In this document: one piece after another, positions 39,301 to 52,300 of the stretch | How positions within the stretch are numbered: position 1 is the first letter of the stretch | Layout: each line of letters starts with the position of its first letter | Origin: the human T2T-CHM13v2.0 reference genome, Homo sapiens | Reading direction: 5' to 3' (one strand) | Assembly: GCF_009914755.1 (NCBI RefSeq) | Contig: NC_060942.1 | DNA length: 64,000 nucleotides | Translations under genes and position numbers: made by a program | Notes under the pieces: generated by a model | Database searches by the model: none | Told to the model about the DNA's origin: nothing | The model's input: the letters and a program-made list of their open reading frames with translations, nothing else

Positions 39301-41259
39301 CTGGGGGATGAAGGAAGACCACCACAGTGCGGTGGGAGAGAGAAAGCCCTCGGCTTCATCCTGGGTATGTTGTGGAGATGCAGACGGGTCCGAGGTCAGA
39401 CGAGGCTACTGGACTTGCCGAGGTGTCCACACTCAAAGGGAGCGTCTGGAGCGGGGGGCGGCGTGAGGAGTTCAGGGGCTTCCCGGGAGCAGTTCCAGCT
39501 GACAGAGCTCCATGGAAATCAGACATGACCTTGGGGACCGCCGACCTGTGGGGTGTGCACCAGAACCCCACACTGTGGGAGCCCAGCCTTCCTCTCACTG
39601 GGTGGCAGTGGCTGGGCTCACACAGACCACAGCAGTGTCCAGCTCCCCTGTCAAGGAGAGACTCCTCCTCAGGGTGGGCTGCGGGACCAGCGCCAGCGGT
39701 GATGGGGTCCATCCTCACCGTCTCCTGAAGGGCCCGGCCTGGCCTGAGACTTCGATCTCGGTGATGACAGCCACCAGCTGGATGAACTGGCCCCGCGTCC
39801 TTCCTACTCCTCATCTCCCTTCTCTTGCTGGGACTTCACGAGAGAGCCCGAGTTACTGAGTCAACAGGAAGTAGAAGAGACTCCCACGCAGCTCAGGCCC
39901 CCGTGGCAGGACCAGGAAGGAGGGAGAGGTGGCGCGTTGCCTGGGTGCTCATGGACACCAGGTCTGCTCCCCATGCACTTGTCGTCTGTGCCACGCTGCA
40001 GGGGCCAGGCAGCCACAGGCATCGTTTGGGCCCCGAGCTGGCCAGGCTGGAGTCAGGGCCCACTAAGCCGCAGGTGCCTCTTGCTTGGGGGTGGGGGCTG
40101 AAGGGTGTCTTCCTGCCGTGGAGCTATAGCTGGTGCCTGGTTCCCTCTGTCCAGACACAGCTCTGGGCTTGCAGCCTCTGCCTCCCTGATGGGACAGCAA
40201 CCCTGGGCATCGCTAGAGGCTCTGAGGTCTGCACGGGGCACCATCCCGTATTCTGCAGGGTCCAGAGACACAGAGAGGGAGGCCAGCCCAGCACCATTGT
40301 GGGAGAAAGGCCAGTGATGTCATCAGGGGGCTAAGGCTGGCAGCCACCTTCTAGTGGACATTACTGCTGAGAACTGGCCAGGTGCCTGCACTCGCTGCCA
40401 TGAGTAATTGCCCAGTGGCCCGTGAGGTGCTGGCAGCTCCTCCATTTACAAGTTAGGAGACAGGTACAGAGAGACCAGGTGGCCTGTTCCAGCAGCACTG
40501 CTCTGGCTCTTGACCACCACCACATCAGCAGCAAAACCGCCAGGGCTGAAATCAATACAGATTTATCCATTCTCACCAGGCTGCGGGCGCCTTGCAGGTC
40601 TGTGCTCCTAGCTGGGGGCCCAGGGAGACTCTGCTTCCAGGACTGCCCGAGTGTGGAAGGAACCCAGCTGCCAGCTGCAGGACTGAGGTCCCATCTCCTC
40701 CCTGGCCTCGCACAGGCCCTCCTGCCTGCCAAGCAGCAAGTGATGCCGCACCTCAGTCTCTCCCTCTGCTCTCCAGTTCCCTGGACCCCCAGCCCAAGCT
40801 CCGGTGATTACCAGGTAATTCCTGTCCCAAGACAGCCGCGCCGAGTGTCCTAACACAGTTGCCACACGGCTCCATGTCCTGTGCACAGGCCAGGGGTTCG
40901 AGTGGGCATCAGCAATGCTCACTTCAGAGCCCCTCCGCCACGACATGGCCATGTGCACACAGCTCCGTGGCCAGCGCTGGAAACTGCGTCTCCTGCCTCC
41001 AGCTGCGTTACTTGGAGAAGCAGGAACCTCTCCATCCTCACTTTCCATCCGCACATCCAGGGCCGCCCACGTGCACCCACACCGTGCGCTCACTGTGTGG
41101 CCTGTCGAGAACACAGTGTCCTCTGCCCCTGATTTCCCAGGAGAGTCGCACGTCTGTGATGGTGGTCTCCCAGGCACGCATGGCCATGGAGCACGGGAAC
41201 GTGTGCGCCTGCTGGGAGCACATGGGAAGACTGCACGCCGGGTGCTGAGGCTTCCTGTG

Positions 41260-41757
<498 letters not shown>

Positions 41758-43619
41758 GTCTAGAAAATGGCTATAAAGTGTTCTACCTCCTGCTGATTTT
41801 ATTGGAATCGTGTCTGATCTGCAGGACTAAGCACGTGGGCCTGGGAACTGTCCACGCTGGGGCACGTAGCGTTGCTGAGGAGCAGGTTAGATGTTGGTTT
41901 TGTTTTGTTTCCGATTTTTGAAGATTTAATTTGGAAAGATTTTGAGGTCATGCATGGTCTACAAATGACTTTTCTGTCCCGATTCAGGATGGACGCCCAC
42001 ACACCTGAGTCCACCCACGCAGGCCTGTAACATGCATGTGTGTACATGAGCACGTGTGTACGTGAGCGCGTGTGGCGGTACCAGCACAGGGGTGAGCTGC
42101 GGCCTCACAGGCTTCTCACTGCTGCAGCTGGATGTGCCACTGTAGACGGTCGGGGCAGGGGCCTCCTGCCCTCAAGCTGTGTGTGGCAGCCACGGGTCCC
42201 CGTGCCTGCAGCCTGAGACAGGCGCCTGGAGTCGCTGCCTGGGGCAAGTGAGTTCTGCTGGAGGAAATGATGTAGATGCCGCAAGAAGGCAACAGCAGAG
42301 TCAGAAGTTGAGGAGAAGACAGAGGTAATAGGGAATTGCTCCTCAGCAACGACACATGAGAGTCGCGTGTGCCGTGATCCCAGGCAGCTGCAGCTGCGTG
42401 GATGCCACATGGGGAACCCGGCTTCCAGACCCGCCCTCAAGGGCCGAGCGTCTCACGCCCAGCTTCATTCCTCCCCATCTTGGGGGTGCTGCTCTTGTGC
42501 TGCCCAGGGTCCCCCAGTCGTGCAAAGCCTGTCTTTGTTTTGTTAGCCAAAGTCCCAGGACGGGGGCTCACCCGAACCATGTCACCCTGTGATGAGGACA
42601 GGAGGGATGGAGCCTTCCTCGATCTGAGCTCGGGCTGCAGCCCTGCGGCCTCTCCCGCTCCATATGCACGGCTGCGGTTCCCTCTGCTGGGCGGTCCCAG
42701 TGGATCCAGGAGCCGGGGGGGCCCTATGACCTGGCTGAACGGAGCCCTGGGTGTGAAGTGCTCTTATGCAGCCTCAACTGCTGCCCTCACTCCAGGGCCT
42801 CCTGGAGAGGACAGAGCCACCAGCAGACAGCTTCTCCCTCACAGCCCAGGCAGCATCTGTGCCCAGGGAGGCCTGCGCACCCCCGCAGGAGCCTCGGTCA
42901 CCCCCATTTCTGAGTGCCCTGCCACAGGCAGCCCTCAGGAGCCCCCGTGTGTTGGCCACCACCGTGGAGGGCTTGGCGTGGACAGTAGGCCATGGTAGGG
43001 GCATCTGGGGTGTCCCGTGGGGGCCAATGGGGGGCCAGCCGCCCCGCAGCATGGGCTGACTCCTCCCTCCCCCAACATGCTGCAGTTCCCACTTTGTTAA
43101 GCCCCTGGAATGCAACCAATTAAAGAGCTGTTTGTGTTAAATGAGATCCTGGTCTGAAAATGCAGATGCGTCTGGATTATTAAAAGGCCATCAGTCACCC
43201 ACGCATTAGTCTAAGTTTGGTCTGCTTGACTTCTGCTGGTCTGACTTTTGGATGGGGGTCTAGGCAGGAGCTTCTGGGGCTCCAGCAACCCTGAGGGATG
43301 GACTAAGGGTCTGTCCCCCTCACCTGTTTGGTCCTGCCCCTCAAGGTCTTCCTGAGACCCAGGCTGGTGTGGACACAAGGAAGCCCCGCCGGAGGGCCCT
43401 CTTTACATGGGGAGGCCTGAACCCTGAGCAGTCAAGGAAGTTTTGGAAGTGAGTAGCTATGGCTTCTCCACCTGCTCCTGCCTGGACGGCGCCCTTCAGA
43501 ACTCAAGCCCATCCATGAGACAGCACCCACCGGGGCCAGTGAGTCACTCCATGAAGGCCAAAGGTGAGCACGTAGGTATTTCTCTCCAAAGAGAGCAGCA
43601 GGTACAGACATGGGTGTTG

Positions 43620-44985
43620 ACACACAGAGGGACACATGCACATATGTGCACACATGGCACGTACATGTGCACTGTGCACATGCACACATGGCATACATAT
43701 GCACACATGCACAGTGCACACATGGCATATGCTTACATACACAATGCACATGCATGGCATACATACGCTCACATGCACAGTGCACACGGCATATACATAT
43801 GTTCATGCACAGTGCATGCACATAGATAGCATACATATGCTCACGTGCACAGTGCACATGCACGGCATACATATGCTGACATGCACAGTGCCCACACACA
43901 CACGGCATACATATACTCACATGCACAGTCCACATGCACACATGGTATATGCTCACATGCACAGTGCACACATGCACACATGGCATACACATGCTCACAT
44001 GTGCCGTACACATGCATACATGGCAAACATGCTCACATACAGTGCACACATGACATGCTCACATGCACACTGCACACATGGCATACATATGCTCACAGGC
44101 AGTGCCCGCACACAGCGTACATATGCTCACATGTACAGTGCACACATGCACATGGCATACATATGTTCACATGCACAGTGCCCACACACGGCATACATAT
44201 GCTAACTTGCATAGTGCTCACGTACATGGTATATATATGTTCACATGCATGCTGCACACAGTGTACATATGCTCATGTACAGTGCACACAGCACACATAT
44301 GCTCACATGCATAGTGCACACACGCATACATGGCATACACATGCTAACATGCACAGTACACAGCATATATGTGCTCACATGCACGGTGTGCACGCACATG
44401 GCATATATATGCTCACATGCACACTGCACACGCACACACAGGATACATATGCTAACATGCACAGTGCACAGGCACGGCCTACATATACTCACATGTACAG
44501 TGCACACACATGGCATACATATGTTCACATGCACAGTGCACACATGCACACAGGATACATATGCTCACGTGCACAGGCATGGCGTATATATGCTCACATG
44601 CACGGTGCACACAGCATACATATGCTCACATGCGCAGTGCACACAGCATACGTAAGCTCACATGCACAGTGCACACATGCACACACCGTACATATGCACA
44701 CATGCACAGTGCATGCACGCACACGGCATGCATATGCTCACATGCACAGTGCACACGCACACGGTACACCTATGCTCACATGCACAGTGTACACATACAG
44801 CATGCATAGGCTCACATGCACAGTGCACACTCATGGTATACATATACTCACATGCAACGTGTATACGCATATGGCATACATATGCTTACATGTGCACACA
44901 TACCATTCACATGTATATGCACTCGATTCATGCACACGTGCCACCTACATTCCACCTACATGCCACCACATGCACACAGGTGCAC
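43620..44985. repeat. Degenerate purine-pyrimidine-alternating minisatellite (CACATGCACAGTGCACAC...GGCATACATATGCT), ~1.35 kb
   Basis: Recurrent ~34-40-bp unit built from CA/TG/TA dinucleotides. Confidence 0.93.
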
Positions 44986-45757
44986 ATTCGCAGGCTCACA
45001 CACTTCCTGATGCCTGTGTGGACACCACGCCAGTTCTCCTTCCCTGGGGCGCTCCTGTCTGTCTGTATTTTGGTTGTGCCTTGGGAGCTGAGAAGGCTCT
45101 AGCCTGTTTTCACTGGGATTCAGAGGCATTGTGGACCGCAGAACTGTGTCAGCCCCACCCATCTTCTCCACAAATGTTCTTTATTAAGAGAACCTTAATT
45201 GAGACCATTAAGCAGAAACTGCAGAGATTGTTGACTTAATAGTGGAAACAGCCCCAGTGCACATCGTTTTGAGGCCTGGGGCGAGTCATTAGGCTCCTGC
45301 CTCAGCTTCCCCTCTGTGGGCCGGTGGTGTGGCCTGTGTGGGCTCTCAGGGGATGAATGCTATGAACCACCGCGGGAGGGGCTGCTCTGTGCTATTTCAG
45401 CAGGTTTTTCATCACCTCGCAAGGGCCTGGAGTTGGGAGAGAAAGAGCAAAATGAAAAGGCACCTCTGATGACAGCCGCCACCCCTGAGCCCCGAGCCAT
45501 TCTCTCTCGGAGCTGCAGGAGACATGGCCGCATATGCTGCAGAGGGGCTGCCTGTGTGCAGCCTGAGGACATGGAGGCTCTATGTGCAGCCAGACGGAGT
45601 GGCCCTGTGGCTCTCCACAGCCCTGACCTGTGCCCCTGCACAGAGCTCAGCGAGGACGCTACCTTCTAGAGCGGGTACCTTCTAGAGCGGATACCCACAG
45701 ATGCACCATGGAGTCCCCTTGCAACCCACAGGAACCATGTTTTTCTGCTTAACCCAT

Positions 45758-46533
45758 TGTTTTAGGGTCCTGGGGCTGCCAGGTCAATGTTCCACAAACT
45801 GGGGGACTTAACAATTTATCCTCTCAGAACCCTGGAGGCCAAAGTCTGAAACCCTGGCACAGCAGGGCATGCTCCCCGGGTGCTCCTGGGCATAGGAAGG
45901 ACATGCCCCCAGGGTGCTCCTGGGCGTGGGCAGGGCGTGCCCCCCCCCGGGTGCTCCTGGGCGTGGGCAGGGCGTGCCCCCCCCCACCGTGCTCCTGGGC
46001 GTGGGCAGGGCGTGCCCCCCCCCCCCGTGCTCCTGGGCGTGGGCAGGGCGTGCCCCCCCCCCCCGTGCTCCTGGGCGTGGGCAGGGCGTGCCCCCCCCCC
46101 CCCCCGTGCTCCTGGGCGTGGGCAGGGCGTGCCCCCCCCCCCCGGGTGCTCCTGGGCGTGGGCAGGGCGTGCCCCCCCCCCCGGGTGCTCCTGGGCGTGG
46201 GCAGGGCGTGCCCCCCCCCACCGGGTGCTCCTGGGCGTGGGCAGGGCATACGTGCTCCCCGGGTGCACCGGTGGCTCCTAGCCACCTGTCCCAGCATCTG
46301 CTGCTCTCAGCTTCCCTGGCTTGTGCCGTTGCTCCAACCTCGCCTGCCTCCCATGGCACCGTGTTGGTCTCTTTCCTCTTAGGAGGATGCCTGTTCCTGG
46401 ACTTGGGCCCCGCCCAGCCCAGTGCTTGTCTTGACCACATCTGCAGGATCCTGTTTCCAAATGAGGTCCCACTCTCAGGTCTCAGGGGCTGGGACTTCCA
46501 CATGCTTCTGGGGAAACAGTTGAACCCACAGCT
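45758..46533 (-). mobile_element. MLT1 (MaLR) solo LTR interrupted by a VNTR
   Basis: TGTTTTAGGGTCCTGGGGCTGCC...CCACAAACTGGG...AATTTATCCTCTCAG...CTGGAGGCCAAAGTCTGAAA and CACATCTGCAGGATCCTGTTTCCAAATGAGGTC...GGACTTCCACATG...GAACCCAC match the ends of antisense MLT1. Confidence 0.8.
45878..46265. repeat. ~37-41-bp VNTR with variable poly-C, ~10 copies
   Basis: (GG)GTGCTCCTGGGCGTGGGCAGGGCGTG(C)8-14. Confidence 0.96.
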
Positions 46534-46605
46534 CCCCCTCTGTGTTCCCATCTTTCCCTACTCTGGAGTTCACAACACTTTTCTGGTGCAGAGATGGCCC
46601 TCAGG

Positions 46606-46742
46606 CCCTGCCCCCAAAAGCCTCGTCTACACAGCACTCCCTGCCCCCAAAGGTCTCATCTACACAGCACTCCCTGCCCCTGAAGGCCTCGTCTACACAG
46701 CACTCCCTGCCCCCGAAGGCCTCGTCTACACAGCACTCCCTG
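46606..46742. repeat. 33-bp tandem repeat x4
   Basis: CCCTGCCCCCAAAGGCCTCGTCTACACAGCACT repeated. Confidence 0.95.
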
Positions 46743-47479
46743 GTGGTGTTCAACCCAGCTGCACCTTGAACCCTGGGAGCCCTGAAGGGACCGATGCCTT
46801 TGTGGTGGGTCCAGGTGGCCTGAGGGCTAGAGAGGCAGAGCTTGTGTAGACGGGAAACCCCAGCTGGGAGCAGGCAGCCTGGGCAGAAGGGGCCGGGAGC
46901 CAAGCTGCAGGCCTTGGGGAGGCTTGGGCCCACGTGAGCAGGACCCATGCTGCTTGCTCTTCTGCTGCTGCTCCTGCTGGCACTGGGTGTGCTGGGGGCT
47001 GGGCAGGTGCATCCGCTGCTCCAAAAAGCACTTGTTCCTCTCCACTAAAGTGCCCCTGCGCGCCCCACATGATGTCACATGCCTCCACATGCTCCCCATG
47101 TCCCCCTGGCCCCTGCGTGCCCCATCCCTATGTGCTCCCATGTGGCACCTCCCAGATCACCTGGACACGAGTCTCGGGGTAACCAGCCCCCCTGCAGACC
47201 TGCAGAAGCTTGGACAGCAAGTGGGAGTCAGCAGTCAGGAAACTCGGGGGCTTTGCACCTGGAGGGAAGCCCACCTGATATGAAAATGCTTTCGAAGCTT
47301 GTGGATCGGAGAGGCCAGTGGTGTACCGGGTGGTCCAATCGATCAGTCAGGACGATCATCAGCCCCATTTCTCAGGTAAGAAAACCAGGCTCCAAAACTT
47401 TCAGTGACTTGCGCACAGGGGCAGGTGGGTCACCTGTCAGCAGCAGAACCAGTGCAACCCCAGCAGGTCTGGGGCTGGA

Positions 47480-48120
47480 GGCACCCCTGCACCCCACACC
47501 CCCTGCACCTCCCCACTGCACCCGAAACCCCCCATACCTTCCCCACAGCCCCCCACCCTGCACCATGCACCATGCACCATGCACCCTCGCATCCTACACG
47601 CTTCTGCAACCCCCTGCCCCGCAAACCCTGTCCCCACACCCCCGCACACCTAGCAGCCCCCACCTGACACTCCATACCCCATGCTCCCACTGTGTCCCCG
47701 CACACTCCCACACCCCATGCTCCCACATACCCAGCATCCCGCACCCCACACTCCATACCCCCCACACCCACTGTGTCCCTGCACACTCCCACACCCCACG
47801 CTCCCACATACCCAGCATCCCGCACCCAGCAGCCCCCACCCCACACTCCATACCCCCTGCACCCCCTGTGCTCCCGTACACTCCCACACACCCAGCATCC
47901 CCCACCCCCCCAGCCCACACTCCATACCTCCCACCCCCTCAGCCCACACTCCATACCCCCCACACCCGCTGTGCCCCTACACACTCCCACACCATGCACC
48001 CCATATCCTCATCCCCACTCCATGCACCCCATATCCTCATCCCCACTCCACGCACCCCATATCCTCATCCCCACTCCACACCACTGCACCCTGCACTCCC
48101 GCACGGTGGACACCCTGCAC
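47480..48120. repeat. Degenerate C/A-rich low-complexity repeat
   Basis: Recurrent CACACTCCATACCCC, CCCAGCATCCC and CCCCATATCCTCATCCCCACTCCA blocks. Confidence 0.85.
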
Positions 48121-48471
48121 TCTGGTTGCTGTGCCAAGCCCCGGGGGTGCCTCCCTGCCTGTGTCCTCTGCTCTGAGCCTGGCTTCACAGCCCACCTCTC
48201 CCGGGGTGTCTGGAGGGGTTCGGGTTCCTGGTAGCAGCCCAGCTTGCCTGGCTCCAGCACTCCTCCAGGTCCTCCTACACCCCGCCCAGGCTCCGTGCAG
48301 GCCTAGCACGCCCCTCCCAGCCCCTGTGGTCAGAGAAGGGAACAGCTTTCAAAAGAGGAGCCCCTTGGAGTCCAAGATTCTTCAAAACTTCCAAAAGAAG
48401 TTCTATATTTTGGACAATATTAGTTTCTTTCAAATAACTCATTTCATGAAAAATACATGACAATTGTAGGA

Positions 48472-48672
48472 TGGGAAAAGGCTTGTGGAGCCGTGGCACT
48501 GGGGGGGAAAAGGCATGTAGAGCCGTGGCACTGGAGTGGGGGAAGGCGTGTGGAGCCATGGCACTGGGTGGTGGGGGGAAGGCGTGCGGAGCCATGGCAC
48601 TGGGTGGTGGGGGGAAGGCGTGCGGAGCCATGGCACTGGGTGGTGGGGGGAAGGCGTGCGGAGCCGTAGCAC
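48472..48672. repeat. 36-bp G-rich tandem repeat x~5
   Basis: GGGGGAAGGCGTGCGGAGCCATGGCACTGGGTGGTG repeated. Confidence 0.92.
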
Positions 48673-49227
48673 TTTCCTTTAAAGGTGCAGTACAGCACGT
48701 CCACGTCCTCCCGACACCGTGAGTGCAGCCACACCGAAGCCAGGGGAGCAGGTGCGCTTCTCCATAGGTCCTGGTTTAAAGCAAGCGGAAACACCACAGG
48801 CTCGGGATTGAGGTGGTAAGGGACGTCCAGTCCTCAGGTGAGGTTAAGTCCTTCTACAGAGACAGCACTGGGGGGACCTCACAGTGCCCCCCGGGAAGCG
48901 CTGTTTGGGCAGGCTGCAGGAGCTGAGGCCAGAGTCCTGGCACGGGGCTACGGGGCCCTTGGTGTCTTTCACTGCTGTGACGGGGGCTCCCTGCTGCCCC
49001 GGCACCTGCGGGCCTTGGCCAGTCCCGAACACCAGGTTGTGGCAGTGGAGACCTGGGGGGTGGCCAGCGGCCCCCTATGGAGGTTCTGCCGTGCGTGTCA
49101 GGGCCCCAGGCAGGGCTGTGCAGCGCCAGCCTCACTATCAGTGTGGACACACATCTGTGGGAGGGGCTCTCGTTTTCCCCACCTTCCGGTGAGGGAACCA
49201 AGGCAGACTCAGCACCAAGCAGGGGTC

Positions 49228-49351
49228 AGGCCCTGGTGGAGGTGGATTTTCTTCACTGTGGCACAGTCCTGCTCAGTTTCTAGTCCTGATGGAGGTGGTG
49301 GAGGCCCTGGTGGAGGTGGATTTTCTTCACCGTGGCACAGTCCTGCTCAGT
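49228..49351. repeat. ~50-bp direct repeat, 74-bp period
   Basis: AGGCCCTGGTGGAGGTGGATTTTCTTCAC(T/C)GTGGCACAGTCCTGCTCAGT twice. Confidence 0.9.
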
Positions 49352-52300
49352 CCCTGGACTGCCCCCCTGCACCCAGCAGCACAGGCCGCAGAGCCCAGGA
49401 GATGTGGGCAGGAGCTTTCCCCTCGCCTGCCCCACTCCTGCCCACCCAGTGGGCACCCCGTAGATGGGAGCAGCTCTCCGTCTAGCACTTGGACTGCTGG
49501 GCTGAGTCATGGCTGCAGGCAACGGCTTAGTGGCATCTCCCAGGTGCCACTGCAGGGATAGCCTCTGTGTCTCCAGGCTCTGCTGTGGCCCCGCGGAGCC
49601 AAGCTTACCCATGCCGCTGAGTCGGGGGCTGCAGAGGCCTGTGCGGGCTGCGGTGGCTAGACCTGGGCCTGGCTGCTCAGATGCTGCTGGAACCCTGCTC
49701 TCAGCCTGGAGGCTGGCAGGTCTGCCAGGGGCCAACGGGCAGGCATCGCCCGTCTGAAGCTCTTTGCCTCTGAAGGAGCTTCAGCGCCAGCCAGGGGCAG
49801 TTTATGAGAAATTCAGAGAAACATGTAGGCTTCTCTGTGTCTTCTGAAGAACTGCCAATGCCTCACCCACCTCTGGCCAGAGGACTCTGGAAAACTTGCG
49901 TTTCTGGTATGTATAGAAAAGCGACATGCTAAGCCGCAAAGCCGCCCCCTTCAAGACGCAGCACACGCAAGGCTCACCCTGCCACGAGCACTGGTACCGG
50001 CTCACTTTCCGCTCTGCTCGGCGGGACTCCGGCCAGGCCCAGCGTGCAGCTGCAGAAAGGTTTAGAGTGAGGCTTCCACTTCACTCTCCGGTCCAAGAGT
50101 TATACTATCTGGTGGAAGTGTTTCTTTTTCCTTTTTTGGACAGTTAAGCTACAGCGATGGGCCAACTGGCACCAGTGTGGAGAGACAGGTATTCCTCACT
50201 TTGTGGCACCAACGTGGTTCTGGCAAAGTGGCCTCTTTTCCAGTAAAACAGTCTTCTCCCCTCCCTCGCCTTCCATTTTAGGACCAGTGGTTTGTCCCTG
50301 GGGAAGCAACCCCAATTACAGCCAGCTTTGCCATCTGTGGAAATAGCCTGGTCACCAGAGGCACAGAAGCCAGATGCGTGGCCATGCCGGCGGCAGCACC
50401 CGCGGCAGCACCCGGGGCAGCCCCTGCCCCCGACCCATGAATCTCAGTGTCCCCCAGGCCGCCCACGTCCCACTCTGCCCAGCCTACACCACCTCCCTCA
50501 CCGCAAAGTGCCCGCTCCGCAGCTCCATGCCCCTGCCCAGTGGAGCCTCAGCCCCGTCCCACCTGCAGCATGCCCAGCCCAAGTGCCCGAAACCCAGAGC
50601 CTCGGACTCAGGGCAAAAGGAAGCCGCCCCATTCCACCACATCAGGGTCTCCACTGTGCTTATTTAGAGCAGAGCACAACTCTCCTTGCGTCTGAGTCCC
50701 TTCACACAGGTGACTGAGAGGCTCAGGACAGAGCATTGCAGGGGAGACAGAGGAGGGGCTCGGCCTCGCCAAGCAGCTGGCTCTATTCATTTAGCAGAAC
50801 CGCTGCCCCACCCCCTCCCAGCCCCTGCACGGAGGGAGGCCACTGGGGCCGGCCCGTCCCCAACTTCTATTTTGTTTTCGCCAGAGCCGCCTCCAGACTC
50901 CCTCTTCACATTTTATGTCAACTCTGGGGCCCTGCTGGCTGAAAGTGAGTTCTGTTTTCCGGCAGCCCTGTGGCTTTTGGACTCGGCCTTGAAATTAGTT
51001 CATGGCGACCCAGGCACACATCGCGCTGGGAAGCCACGTGGGAGCCGTGCGGGTGGAGCGGCCGCCACAGCCAGACTGAAATGTAGCACAGCGCCTGGGC
51101 CTCGTCAGGCCTTTATGACAGAGTGTAAAGGGAATTGCTGCTTAGTCACCAATTTGCTTGGCAAGATTGGATGGATTAGGAAACACGTCGAAGGTCAGAC
51201 AGTAGGAGTTTGTCTAGACGCTCTATTTTGGACTCGGCGCTGACCCGAGGTGTTTCTGTAGCAACCTTTACAACACTGCTATTCTGGCAATATTGGAGAA
51301 AACATGATCCCTCCCATCATCAGGTAGGGCCCGCTCTGAAAATCCTCGCCCCATCGCTGGGTTTGCTGAGGCGCCTCCAACTCCATTTAGGACGAGGAAG
51401 CCCGACGGGGAGGCCCCTGGGAGGGACCGGCTGCTTGGGCGGAGGCCAGGCCTCGGGAAGCTTGTCCAAGGCTCACAGGGAAAAGCGCCAAGAAATGGAA
51501 GTGGCTCATTTTTCCTCTGGGCCTGAGGGGAAGGTTTTGATTTTACAGCCGCCCCTAGTCATTTCTCACAGGTTTGAAGCAGACCTTTCCAGGGACGGGG
51601 GAGGGAGAAGGGAGATGGGGAAGGATGGGGAGACGCCGTGAGGAGGCAGCCACCTCCGGGGATCCCCGGAAGCCTGGACATGCTCTGCCCGGTGGTTCTG
51701 TCCCCAGGGAACACGTGGTCATGTCTGGAGGCATCTGTGGCTGTCACAGTCATGGTATGGGGTGCTCCTGGCATAGAGGGGTGGGGCTGCTTCCTTTTGC
51801 CTGTCCCTGCTGCCCTCCCCGCCCTCCATGTCTCCCTGCCACCTGCCCTGCCCTCCCCACCCTGCATGTCTCACTCTCCATCGTACCTGAGGGCCCTCTG
51901 CCAGCTGGGAGAGGGGACAGCCCAGGCTTCAGTTTCCCTGCATTTCCCCGGGAGTAGGGGAGCCACGAGCAGTCCGTAGGTTCCCTCTTCCTCCCAGGGC
52001 CTCAGCACCAGATCCTGGAGCTCCGGACCCCGCAGTGGGTTCCCCAGCCTCACAGCCCTCCTGGGGCCCCACAGGGGAGGGACGCAAAGCTGGCTCTGCA
52101 GCTCCTTAGCGCGTGACCTCTGGCAACTTCAGCCTCTCCTGCCTCAGTTTCCCGAACTCTGAAGGGAGGGCGAGTGACACGATGATTCCTCAGCAGAGAC
52201 CCCAGGCCTCTCTCTCCCACTGACCGCCCAGGGGAGTGAAAGTCCAGGACTCCGTGCATGCCTGGGGACCCGGGCAGTGGGGGAGCAGAACCGGGGACCC

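Noticed and set aside
40340-40361. CTCF-like site (minus strand TGTCCACTAGAAGGTGGC)
   Set aside because: Mismatches at core positions; not supportable without PWM or ChIP data.
43845-45239. 464-aa His/Cys-rich ORF resembling a metal-binding protein
   Set aside because: Direct translation of the CA/TG repeat; all frames give similar low-complexity peptides.
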